Assembly (NCBI GenBank): GCA_963843575.1
Contig: CAWJKZ010000013.1
Span: 480,001 to 544,000, forward strand
Origin: an uncultured Acidobacteriota bacterium
GTDB lineage: Bacteria > Acidobacteriota > UBA6911
Direction: 5' to 3'
DNA length: 64,000 nt
Each line of letters opens with the position of its first letter. The stretch's first letter is position 1. Below, piece by piece: positions 27,835 through 40,804 of the stretch. A program made the position numbers and the translations under genes. The notes beneath the pieces are model-generated. The model searched no databases and had not been told where the DNA came from. It was given only the letters and a program-made list of their open reading frames with translations.

Positions 27835-29232
27835 CTACACCTCGAAAATCAGCTCGGATAGCTCAGTAACTGCAGTTAGTGGAACAAGTTCCAGTCCACG
27901 AACCGGGTCCGCGAGCGGCAGGTTCCCCGAGGGCAGGATGCAGCGGCGGAACCCCATCAACCCGGCCTCTTTGATCCGTTGGGAGATCTGGGTGACCGGA
28001 CGGACTTCGCCAGACAACCCAAGTTCCCCGAGCAATACGGTGTCCGGCCGAATGGGGCGGTTGCGGAAACTGCTCAAGATGGCCGAACAGATCCCCAGGT
28101 CCGAGGCGGGCTCGTTGATTTCGAGCCCGCCGGCGGCGTTGAGATAGATGTCGCAGCCGACAAGCGGGATTCCCAGTCGCTTCTCGAGCATGGCGACCAG
28201 CACCGACACGCGATTGTAGTCGACGCCGGTCGAAGTGCGCCGGGCAGTGCCGTACTGGGTCGAAATGACCAGCGCCTGAACCTCGACCAGCATCGGCCGG
28301 GTGCCTTCGACGGCGCAGACGACGGCGCTGCCCGGCGCCGCCGCCTGCCGCTCGCGCAGGAACAGGCCGGAGGCGTTCTGGACCGGCACCAGGCCCCGGG
28401 ACGTCATCTCGAAGATGCCGACTTCGTTGGCTGCGCCGAAACGGTTTTTGACGGCACGGATGATCCGGTGGTTGTGGTGGCGTTCCCCCTCGAAATAGAG
28501 CACCGCGTCGACGATGTGTTCAAGCGCCTTCGGACCGGCGATCGAGCCGTCTTTAGTCACATGGCCAATCAAAAACACCGACATACCCCCTGTTTTTGCC
28601 AAGTTCATCAACTGGGTAGCGACGTGACGCACCTGGCCGATGCTTCCGGGCGCGGAATCCAGGCCTTCCGAAAATGTGGTCTGCACGGAGTCGACGATCA
28701 GTTCCGTCGGTCGCACGTCCTCGACGGCCGCGAGGATTCTTTCAAGGGAAGACTCGGCAGCGAGAAAAACTTCCTGGGGGACCGGCCCGGCGGCGGTCTG
28801 CCCCTCGTCCGGCGGTCCCTGGAGACGGTCCGCCCGCATCTTGATCTGCTGCGGCGACTCCTCGCCTGAAACGTAGAGCACGCGGCGCCGGTCCCCCTGC
28901 AGGCTTTGGGCGATCTGGAGCAGGAGCGTGGACTTGCCGACGCCTGGTTCCCCGCCCAATAGAACTACCGAGCCCGGCACGAGGCCGCCGCCGAGAACAC
29001 GGTCGAACTCGGCGTTGCCCGTGTGGATCCTCGCGGATTCCTCCATGGAGACATCCGAGAGGCGGGACACGGTGGGGCTTACCGACGGCGCGCGCGACGC
29101 CCCTCTCGGGGCTGGTAGCCGCCTTTCCTCCGCGAAGGAATTCCAGCTGCCGCAGTCCGGGCAGCGCCCCAGCCACTTCGCCGAAGAGTACCCGCAAGAC
29201 TGGCATTCAAACGACGTCGTCGATTTTGTCAT
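27835..29232 (-). CDS. radA: DNA repair protein RadA/Sms
   Basis: CQSCG...CPDCG zinc finger, GEPGVGKST, GPKALEHIVDAVL and KNRFG. Confidence 0.97.
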   Translation of the reverse strand: MTKSTTSFECQSCGYSSAKWLGRCPDCGSWNSFAEERRLPAPRGASRAPSVSPTVSRLSDVSMEESARIHTGNAEFDRVLGGGLVPGSVVLLGGEPGVGKSTLLLQIAQSLQGDRRRVLYVSGEESPQQIKMRADRLQGPPDEGQTAAGPVPQEVFLAAESSLERILAAVEDVRPTELIVDSVQTTFSEGLDSAPGSIGQVRHVATQLMNLAKTGGMSVFLIGHVTKDGSIAGPKALEHIVDAVLYFEGERHHNHRIIRAVKNRFGAANEVGIFEMTSRGLVPVQNASGLFLRERQAAAPGSAVVCAVEGTRPMLVEVQALVISTQYGTARRTSTGVDYNRVSVLVAMLEKRLGIPLVGCDIYLNAAGGLEINEPASDLGICSAILSSFRNRPIRPDTVLLGELGLSGEVRPVTQISQRIKEAGLMGFRRCILPSGNLPLADPVRGLELVPLTAVTELSELIFEV

Positions 29233-29336
29233 ATCTCCCGGCCCGCCCAAATCATCTCAATCCATCACACGATTGCATAGTGGAGCGTCCCTCACAAAAG
29301 TCGCCGATAGCGCCCCTTTATTTCGTGTGGTACTCG

Positions 29337-29367
29337 AAAAAAGAAAGCCCCCGAACGGGGGCTTTCT
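29337..29367 (-). terminator. Rho-independent terminator after the TonB-dependent receptor
   Basis: AGAAAGCCCCC-GAAC-GGGGGCTTTCT hairpin followed by a T-run on the minus strand. Confidence 0.85.
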
Positions 29368-29389
29368 CCAGACGGGTAACGCATGAGCT

Positions 29390-33145
<3,756 letters not shown>

Positions 33146-33263
33146 TTTTTGCTCCCTCGTAGAGCCCCTGTGATCTGACAGGTGATCCGATCGATCTTTG
33201 CGCATCCGATAAACCAGCTGTCCACTCGTTCGCTAATCCGTGCTGCACTTTATGCACACCCAA

Positions 33264-33356
33264 GACTCCAGCGACATTTCCCAATCCGCGGCCTGCGCCC
33301 GGTTAGGAAATCCGTCGGAGTCACTGGTGTCAGGCCGAAACAGCCAGTGCTTTGCC
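33264..33356 (-). ncRNA. Candidate structured 5' leader of the TonB-dependent receptor
   Basis: Two adjacent hairpins, CACTGG..CCAGTG and GACTCC-CGAC-ATTTCCTAA/TTGGGAAAT-GTCG-GGAGTC, within a ~230-nt UTR. Confidence 0.4.
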
Positions 33357-33383
33357 CTCGATGCAATCAGGACTTTATTGCGC

Positions 33384-33412
33384 AATCTATTTATAGGTAC
33401 TGCTGTTGTCAA
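33384..33412 (-). promoter_or_regulatory. Sigma70-type promoter of the TonB-dependent receptor
   Basis: Minus strand TTGACA-17 nt-TAGATT; palindrome ATTGCGCAAT (33377-33386) overlaps the -10/start. Confidence 0.65.
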
Positions 33413-33539
33413 CTGCATTCTGGTTCGTGTCGGCCAGGGGCGAGCGCTGGAGCGCATTGGACGAAGCAGCCAACCCGCGGGCGACCGATGCGGTCCGAGG
33501 TGTGCAATACGATATTCATTCCCGGGGATGATGGACTAC

Positions 33540-34702
33540 TCAGGGGGGGCGCCCGCATACACGCGCGGGACGCGGGGACTGATGCCGCAGAGGACCTCGT
33601 AGCAGATCGTGTCGAGGGCGCGGGCCCAGGACTCGGCGTCGAACCGGCAGCGGCGGCTCGCGCCGAGGAGGATGACCTCGTCGCCCTTCACGCAAGTCCG
33701 GGAGGTGGGTGACGTCGGCCACGATCATGTCCATCGAAACTGTGCCGATGATGTCGGCGAGCGTGTCGTGCACGATGACTTTGGCCTTGCCCGACAGGCC
33801 GCGCCGGTAACCGTCGGCATAGCCTGCGGGGATGGTGGCCGCGAGGGTATCGCGGGCGGCGCAGAAGCGGCGGTTGTATCCGACGCTCTCCCCGGCCGCC
33901 ACGCGGTGCAGGCGCCCGACGCGGCTCTTCAGCGTCAGGACGGGTTGAAACGCGTCGGGAGGGCCGCCCTTGACCGGGGTGTAGCCGTACACCGCGATGC
34001 CGGGCCGGGCGCTCAGCCAGGAAAATTCCGGGAACTGCAGAAGTCCGGCGCTGTTGGCAAGGTGAATCTCCCCGGGTTCCAGTCCCGAGGAGCGGATGTC
34101 CCGGAGTGCGTGAGCGAAACGGAGGGCCTGCTCCCGCGTGAATGCGGGGTCCTCGTCGGCGGCCGCCAGGTGCGTGAACGCTCCGGCGACCCGGACATGC
34201 GGGGCGGCACGCAGCGCAGCCAGGAGGGGGGCGAGGTCTTTCCAGTGCACCCCCAGGCGCGACATCCCGGTGTCCACTTTGACGTGCACCCGGGCGGCGG
34301 AGTCCCGCTTCGCCGCTGCTTTCTCGAGACGTGTCACGGCGCCCGGGGAGAATGCGGCCAGGGTCAGGCCGTGCTCGAGGGCGTCCGCCTCCTGACCCGG
34401 CCACGCCCCCTCCAAGCACCAGGATCTCCTCCCGGATGCCGGCCTGAGCGCAGTTCGGCGGCCTCCTCGACGATGGCGACGGCGAAGGCGGTGGCCCCGG
34501 CGCGCGCGAGGGTGCGGGCTACCGGGACGGCGCCGTGGCCGTAGGCATCTCCTTTCAGGGCGGGGATGAGGCGCGGCGCGGGAGTGACGAGCTCAGGGGG
34601 CCTGCCGCGCCGCAGCAGCGCGTCGAGCTTGCGATAGTTCGCCGCGAGCGCGGCGAGATCGATCTCGGCCCATGTCGGCCGGGTTCCGGGCGGGAGGTCC
34701 AT
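33540..34702 (-). CDS. alr: Alanine racemase (apparent frameshifts near 34410-34445 and 33690)
   Basis: RPTWAEIDL, ALKGDAYGHG (PLP Lys), HVKVDTGMSRLG, HLANSAG, VGYN, GYADG and VSMDM split across frames; follows dnaB. Confidence 0.88.
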
Positions 34703-34799
34703 GACGTCCTTTCGAGTCTTCGAACCTTCGAGGCGGTTTCCAGAAGCCCGCGTCAGAGACTCCAGGACTTAAAGATTCTCGAAGAACAACTGCGCTGCG

Positions 34800-36149
34800 T
34801 CAGCCTTCCTGCCACAGGTTGGCGAACTTGGTGTACTGCTTGATGAAGGCCAGCTGGAACGATCCGGTGGGGCCGTTGCGCTGTTTGCCGATGATCAGCT
34901 CGGCCACGCCGCTGTTTTCGTCGGTCGGGTTGAACATCTCCTCGCGGTAGATGAAGAGCACGACGTCGGCGTCCTGCTCGATCGAGCCGGACTCCCTGAG
35001 ATCGGACAACTGCGGCCGATGGTCGCCCTTGCGCGATTCGACGGCACGGTTGAGCTGCGAGATCGCGATGACCGGGATGCCCAGCTCCTTGGCAAGGCCC
35101 TTGAGCCCGCGGGAGATCTGCGAGATTTCCTGGGTCCGGTTCTCGTAGCGCTGGTTGGAGCCGGACATCAGCTGGAGGTAGTCGACGATCAGCAGGCTCG
35201 AGGCCGTGTTCGACGAGCAGCCGCCGGGCCTTTGAGCGCATCTCCATCATGGAGAGACCGGCGCTGTCGTCGATGAAGATCTTGGACTGCGACAGCGCCC
35301 CGGCGGCGTGTCCGAGCCGGCTCCAGTCCTCCTTGGCAGGAAGCCGGTGTTGACCTTGTGCGCGTCGATCTCGGCCTCGGCGCACAGCAGTCTCTTGACG
35401 AGCTGCTCCTTGCTCATTTCCAGGCTGAAGATGCCGATGGTCTGGCCCTTCTTCAGGGCGGCGTGCTGTGCGATGTTCAGGCACAGGCTCGTCTTGCCCA
35501 GGCCGGGCCGGGCGGCGATGATGATCAGGTCGGACGGGTGCAGGCCGGCGGTCATCTTGTCGAGCTCCGTGAAACCGGTTTCGAGCCCGGTGACCAGCGA
35601 CTTCCGGTTGGCGACCTCCTCGATCTGCTTGTAGACCGCGCTGACGAGGGGGTCGATGGCGGTGAATCCCGATCGGAACTGCTGGTTGGAGAGGTCGAAG
35701 ACCGACTTCTCGACTGCCTCCAGGATCTCCTCGGACGTCTCCTGGCTCTGCAGGCTGCGGGTCATGATCTCGTTCGAGATCTGGATCAGGCGCCGGAGCG
35801 TCGCCTTCTCCTTGACGATCTGCGCGTAGTGCTCGATGTTGACGGCCCGCGGCAGCCCGTCGGTGAGGCTGGCGAGATAGGCGGGGCCGCCGGCGCTTTC
35901 GAGTTCGTCGCTGCGCTGCAGTTCGTTCTTGAGGGTGACGAGGTCGACGGGGCGGGCGTTGGCGGCAAGCGCGTACATCTTGTCGAAGATGCGGCGGTGG
36001 CTCTCGAGGTAGAAGTCCTCCTTGCGCAGCTTTTCGATGACGGTGAAGAGGGCCTTGTCGTCGAGCAGGATCGCCCCGAGCACCGAACGTTCCGCTTCCA
36101 GGTTGTTCGGCAGAGTTTTTTCGAGGCTGAAGTCCGCAGGCATGGGCAT
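34800..36149 (-). CDS. dnaB: Replicative DNA helicase DnaB (apparent frameshifts near 35200 and 35335)
   Basis: [39 protein letters not shown] and KQRNGPTG. Confidence 0.93.
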
Positions 36150-36275
36150 GATGATGAGCGCGATTTTTCAGTGCTGAGAATGCCGCAATTCTACACGACG
36201 GGAGAGCGGAGGAAAGGAGTATTTTGCGCCGGCGGAGGCGCGGCCGGCCGTCGCGGGCCGGCCGCTCTCGGCATG

Positions 36276-36734
36276 CTATTCGGCGGACTCGGGTTCTGCC
36301 TCGACGATCACCCGGATGGGGACGGTCACTTCGCGGTGCAGGCGGATCGGGACCTGGTATTCGCCGACGGTCTTGATGGGATCTTCGAGCTGAATCTTCC
36401 GCTTGTCGATGTCGATCTTGTGCGTGACCAGGTAGTCGGCGATGTCGATAGCGGTGACGGAACCGTACAGGGCGCCTTCCTCGCCGGCTTTGCGGCGCAC
36501 GGTTACGACCAGCTTGACGATGTCGCGGGCCAGCAGGCTGGCGGCCGTCTTGTCGCGCTGGTCGCGCCGGGCGTTGGCCAGGCTTTCGATTTCCATGATC
36601 TTAACGTTGCCCGGGGTGGCCTCGACGGCGATCTTCATCGGAATCAGGAAATTCCGGCCGTAGCCCGGGGCGACCTTCACGATGTCGCCCGCCTTGCCGA
36701 GCTTGTCCACGTCCTGTTTCAAAATGACCTTCAT
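36276..36734 (-). CDS. rplI: 50S ribosomal protein L9
   Basis: MKVIL...LGKAGDIVKVAPGYGRNFLIP and LYGSVT. Confidence 0.97.
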   Translation of the reverse strand: MKVILKQDVDKLGKAGDIVKVAPGYGRNFLIPMKIAVEATPGNVKIMEIESLANARRDQRDKTAASLLARDIVKLVVTVRRKAGEEGALYGSVTAIDIADYLVTHKIDIDKRKIQLEDPIKTVGEYQVPIRLHREVTVPIRVIVEAEPESAE

Positions 36735-36757
36735 GGTTCACCCTCTCAGTAGACGGT

Positions 36758-36991
36758 TCAGTCCGCAACGAACGGGATAATGGCCAGGTGCCGGGCCCGC
36801 TTGATCGCCTCCGACAGCTGGCGCTGGTGCGTCGAGCAGACTCCGCTGATCCTGCGCGGCAGGATCTTGCCCCGTTCGGGGATGAAGTGGGACAGCAGTT
36901 TCCCGTCCTTGAAGTCGATGTAGGTGATCTTCTCTGCACAGAACTTGCAGATCCTCTTGCGTCGGATCGAAAACCTTTTGGGCGCTGGCAT
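36758..36991 (-). CDS. rpsR: 30S ribosomal protein S18 (Cys-containing type)
   Basis: [23 protein letters not shown] and AIKRAR. Confidence 0.97.
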   Translation of the reverse strand: MPAPKRFSIRRKRICKFCAEKITYIDFKDGKLLSHFIPERGKILPRRISGVCSTHQRQLSEAIKRARHLAIIPFVAD

Positions 36992-37072
36992 GTCTTGACC
37001 TTTCTGTCGAGATTCGAGCTCCGGAAGCCGGGTCCGCCCGCCTTCCGTGGGTGCTGCGGCCGGCAGCCGCCT

Positions 37073-37465
37073 TTACACGGCGGCTTCCGGCCCGGGTCCC
37101 GCCTGCGGCGGCGCCGCGGGGGCCTTGGAGGCGGACTTCCTCTGGCGCATCGCCTTCAGTTTTTCTGAACGCTTCAGGTCTTCGTCGATCCGCACCGAAA
37201 GGAAGCGGATCACGTAGTCCGTCACGCGGAACCGACGCTCCAGCTCGGCTATGGTCGCCCCGTCCGCCTCGAGCGTCAGGACCACGTAGTAGCCGTCCCG
37301 GAATTTCTTGATCTTGTACGCGAGGGACTTCTTCCCCCAATTGTCGACTTTCACCACCTTGCCGTTGCGCCCTTCCACCACGGACTGCATCAGGTTGATG
37401 AAGGCGTCCAGCTCTTCCGTCGAAATCGTCGGAACGGCGATGAAAACGACCTCGTAAGTTCGCAC
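37073..37465 (-). CDS. rpsF: 30S ribosomal protein S6
   Basis: RTYEVVFI and WGKKSLAYKIKK..GYY; GTG start assumed. Confidence 0.95.
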   Translation of the reverse strand: MRTYEVVFIAVPTISTEELDAFINLMQSVVEGRNGKVVKVDNWGKKSLAYKIKKFRDGYYVVLTLEADGATIAELERRFRVTDYVIRFLSVRIDEDLKRSEKLKAMRQRKSASKAPAAPPQAGPGPEAAV

Positions 37466-37487
37466 GGTTCTATTCTCCTTTTGCACT

Positions 37488-38075
37488 TTACGCGTTAAAA
37501 ACCGACATCGCCCGTTCCACCCCCGCGCTCAGGATCGTTCTGACGGCGGCGACGGCCTTATCGATCATTTCCTTGAACTCCGGTGCGCTCGTCTCGGGAA
37601 GGTCCGCCAGGACGAAATCGGCCATGTCCGTAGGCATGTTCTCTTCCCCCACGCCGAGCCGCACGCGCGGGACCTCTTCCGATGCCAGGGCGGACAACAC
37701 CGATTCCAGCCCCCGGTGCCCGCCGGCGGAGCCCCTGGCCCGCACCCGGATGCGGCCCAGCGGCAGATTGACGTCGTCGAGCAGAACCACGATATCCTGC
37801 GGGACCAGCCCGAGGTCCTGCGCCAGCGCCGCGACGGTCGCGCCGCTGAGATTCATATAAGTCTGCGGCTTCACCAGGAGCGCCGGGCGGCTCTCTATCG
37901 AGATCTGCGCCACCAGCGCCCGCCAGCGGGCCTGCCACATCGGGTCGCCCGCGTCGCGGACGAGCCGGTCGACGGTCATGAATCCGGCGTTGTGGCGGGT
38001 GCGGGCATATTTCGCGCCCGGGTTTCCCAGCCCGACAACCACGCCGGGGTTCACGGCCGCGCCGTCCGGGCTCAC
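37488..38075 (-). CDS. pth: Peptidyl-tRNA hydrolase
   Basis: VGLGNPG..YARTRHNAGF, KPQTYMNLSG and GSAGGHRG. Confidence 0.95.
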   Translation of the reverse strand: MSPDGAAVNPGVVVGLGNPGAKYARTRHNAGFMTVDRLVRDAGDPMWQARWRALVAQISIESRPALLVKPQTYMNLSGATVAALAQDLGLVPQDIVVLLDDVNLPLGRIRVRARGSAGGHRGLESVLSALASEEVPRVRLGVGEENMPTDMADFVLADLPETSAPEFKEMIDKAVAAVRTILSAGVERAMSVFNA

Positions 38076-38743
38076 TTCTTTTCTTCTGGGGTCGCCGCCT
38101 CGCCCTCCTCGACCACCTTGCCCTTCTTGATGACCTCGGGCTCCGCAGTCTCCGCGGGCGCCTCGACCACCGGCTCCTCTTCCTTGATCGGGGCACGATC
38201 GTGACGATCACGACTTCGGGTTCGGTGAGGATCTTCACCTTCGGGTCGGCGGGGAGGTTCTTGACCCGGATGTAGTCGTTGATCTTCAGCGCCGTCACAT
38301 CGACCTTGATCGAATCCGGGATGTCCGAGGGCAGGCACTCGACGTCGATGGAGCGGGTCACGATGTCCATCAGGCCGCCGTCGAGTTTCACCCCTTCGGC
38401 TTCGCCCACGATCTCGACGTTGACGCTCAGCTCGAAGCAGCCGGTCCATGGCGATTTCCAGCAGATCGGAGTGGATCAGATTTCCTTTGACCGGATCGAG
38501 CTGGTACTGCTTCACCATCGCGTTCACGGGAGGGTGTCCCTCGAGGGTGACCGTGAAGATCGTGTTCCGGCCGCTGTCGGAGTACAGGATGTCGCCCAGG
38601 GCTTCGGGATCGACGCTGACCGGCAGGGGTTCCTTGCCGGGGCCGTAGATCACGGCCGGGATCCTCCCGGCCTTGCGCATGCGCCGGTTCGCGTTCTTCC
38701 CTTCGGGAGTTCGCCGAGTTGCTTGAATCTCAGTCTGCGCCAT
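38072..38743 (-). CDS. rplY: 50S ribosomal protein L25/Ctc (apparent frameshifts near 38435 and 38195)
   Basis: GKNANRRMRKAGRIPAVIYG and QLDPVKGNLIHSD; VECLPSDIPDSI in an alternate frame; EPEVIKKGK tail. Confidence 0.9.
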   Translation of the reverse strand: MAQTEIQATRRTPEGKNANRRMRKAGRIPAVIYGPGKEPLPVSVDPEALGDILYSDSGRNTIFTVTLEGHPPVNAMVKQYQLDPVKGNLIHSDLLEIAMDRLLRAERQRRDRGRSRRGETRRRPDGHRDPLHRRRVPALGHPGFDQGRCDGAEDQRLHPGQEPPRRPEGEDPHRTRSRDRHDRAPIKEEEPVVEAPAETAEPEVIKKGKVVEEGEAATPEEKK

Positions 38744-38760
38744 GGAAAAAAACTCCTTCT

Positions 38761-39708
38761 TTACACAAAGAGGTTGCTCACGCTCGTTTCGTCGTGAATG
38801 CTCCGGATCGCCTCCGCCAGCAGTTCCGCCACGCTCAGCACCTTCATGTTGGGCAGGATCTGCGACGCACTCAGAGGCACCGTGTTGGTGAGGATGATCT
38901 CGTCGATGGGGGTTTCCTTCAGCCTCTCGAAGGCGGGCCCGCTCAGCACTCCGTGCGTGGCGCAGGCAAAGACCTGTCTGGCCTTCTGCTTCCGGAGCGC
39001 CACGACCGTGTTGACCAGCGTGCCGGCGGTGTCGATCATGTCGTCGCAGATGATGACGTTCCTGCCGCCCACGTGCCCGATGACGTGCATGACCTCGGCC
39101 CGGTTCGGGGCCGTTCGCCGCTTGTCGACGACGGCGAGGTCGGCGTTGAGCCGCTTGGCGAAGGCGCGGGCCCGCTCGACGCCGCCGGCGTCGGGGGAAA
39201 CCATCGTCAGGTCCTGGACGTTGAGTTTCTGGATGTAGTCGATCAGCACCGGAGCCGCGTACAGGTGGTCGACCGGGATGTTGAAGAAACCCTGGATCTG
39301 GCCCGCGTGCAGGTCCATCGCCAGGATCCGGTTCGTCCCGGCGGCCGTGAGGAGGTCGGCGACGAGCTTCGACGATATCGGGACGCGCGGCTTGTCCTTG
39401 CGGTCCTGCCGCGCGTACCCGTAATACGGGATGACCGCCGTGATCCGCGCCGCCGAGGAACGCTTGAACGCGTCGATCATGATCAGCAGTTCCATTACGT
39501 TGTCGTTGACCGGGCAGCAGGTCGGCTGGATGACGAAGACGTCCTTCCCGCGCACGTTCTCGAGTATCTGGAAGTAAAGTTCGCCGTCGCTGAACGTCGT
39601 CAGGGCGGCCTTGCCGAGAGGGATTTCCAGGTGTTCGCAGATGTCGGCAGCTAGCGCAGGATTGGCATTTCCGGAGAAGACCTTAAGTTCGCGATGACGT
39701 GTGCTCAT
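38761..39708 (-). CDS. prs: Ribose-phosphate pyrophosphokinase
   Basis: FSDGE, PYYGYARQDRK, DLHAGQIQGFF and DDMIDTAGT. Confidence 0.97.
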   Translation of the reverse strand: MSTRHRELKVFSGNANPALAADICEHLEIPLGKAALTTFSDGELYFQILENVRGKDVFVIQPTCCPVNDNVMELLIMIDAFKRSSAARITAVIPYYGYARQDRKDKPRVPISSKLVADLLTAAGTNRILAMDLHAGQIQGFFNIPVDHLYAAPVLIDYIQKLNVQDLTMVSPDAGGVERARAFAKRLNADLAVVDKRRTAPNRAEVMHVIGHVGGRNVIICDDMIDTAGTLVNTVVALRKQKARQVFACATHGVLSGPAFERLKETPIDEIILTNTVPLSASQILPNMKVLSVAELLAEAIRSIHDETSVSNLFV

Positions 39709-39740
39709 GATTCCGGTACTGTCCCTGGAGTGTGGCGTGT

Positions 39741-39815
39741 TGGCTGGGGCGGGAGGATTCGAACCTCCGAATGCAGGTTCCAAAGACCTGTGTCTTACCG
39801 CTTGACGACGCCCCA
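39741..39815 (-). tRNA. tRNA-Gln(UUG)
   Basis: TGGGGCG...CAGGT-CT-TTG-GA-ACCTG...GGAGG-TTCGAAT-CCTCC-CGCCCCA-G-CCA; usual ispE-tRNA-Gln-prs position. Confidence 0.96.
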
Positions 39816-39903
39816 GCAATATCGTTTTGCGCCGAGCGCAGGCGCACGACCGGGTTGCCTGCACGGGCATCCCAAAAACCGCCCCGCAGCCGGCGCGGTC
39901 CGG

Positions 39904-40785
39904 CTACCCAAACATCTGGCTGAGATAATCAGAGCGTGAAAGGGTCTTCGCCGGAAACACCCGCCAGCCATCCCGCGCCACGGCGCGGGATGCTGCGAGA
40001 GCTGACTCCTCATCCAAGAAGAATCCGAAGACGGCAGATCCGCTGCCCGACATACGGACCGCCGTGGCCCCCTGCTGAAGCAGGGATTCCATGGCTTGCC
40101 TGATCGCCGGACGGGCAGGGAGGATCGAAGTCTCGAAATCGTTAAAGAACCCGGTCGCGCAGGCGCTTGCTCCCTGCAGGCGGCCACAGAAACTTTGAAT
40201 TTTATGAGCGCCCGCCTGTGATGTCAATCCGAATCTCAAGGAGGCGTACGCTTCGGCGGTCGAAACCCCCTCGCCCGGGTAGACAACGACCAGGTTCGAC
40301 GGGGGGATCGCGGGCAGGGGGTAGATCTCGTCTCCCCTGCCGACGCCGAGCGCGGTCCCGCCGTGGAGGAAAAACGGCACATCCGCGCCGAGGCTCGAAG
40401 CCAACGCCCTGAGTTCCGGCTCGTCCAGTTCGACACCCCACAGCCTCTGCAGGCCGAGCAGCGCCGCCGCCGCGTTGCTGCTCCCGCCGCCGAGACCCGC
40501 TCCCACCGGGATGCTCTTGCGCAGGGTGATGTGCGCACCCTGCGCGACCGCCGCGGCGCTCCGGAGCGCGGCGGCAGCTTTCCAGGCCAGGTTTTGCTCC
40601 GCGGGGACGCCCGGCAGACCGGAGCACTCGAGCCGCAGCAAGGCGGCGGGGCTAAATTCGAGCGTGTCGTGCAGGTCGATCGACTGAAAGACGGTGCGGA
40701 TTTCGTGGTAGCCGTCGGGCCTCCTGGCGAGCACGGCCAGGGCGAGATTGACCTTCGCGAATGAACGAACGTGCAATGGGATCAC
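39904..40785 (-). CDS. ispE: 4-diphosphocytidyl-2-C-methyl-D-erythritol kinase
   Basis: FAKVNL, DGYHEI, IPVGAGLGGGSSNAA, GADVPFF and MSGSGS. Confidence 0.96.
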   Translation of the reverse strand: MIPLHVRSFAKVNLALAVLARRPDGYHEIRTVFQSIDLHDTLEFSPAALLRLECSGLPGVPAEQNLAWKAAAALRSAAAVAQGAHITLRKSIPVGAGLGGGSSNAAAALLGLQRLWGVELDEPELRALASSLGADVPFFLHGGTALGVGRGDEIYPLPAIPPSNLVVVYPGEGVSTAEAYASLRFGLTSQAGAHKIQSFCGRLQGASACATGFFNDFETSILPARPAIRQAMESLLQQGATAVRMSGSGSAVFGFFLDEESALAASRAVARDGWRVFPAKTLSRSDYLSQMFG

Positions 40786-40804
40786 GGGCTGTGGCAGCCG
40801 CCGT

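Noticed and set aside
36758-37486. No ssb/priB between rpsF and rpsR
   Set aside because: Common lineage-specific gene-order variation, not distinctive
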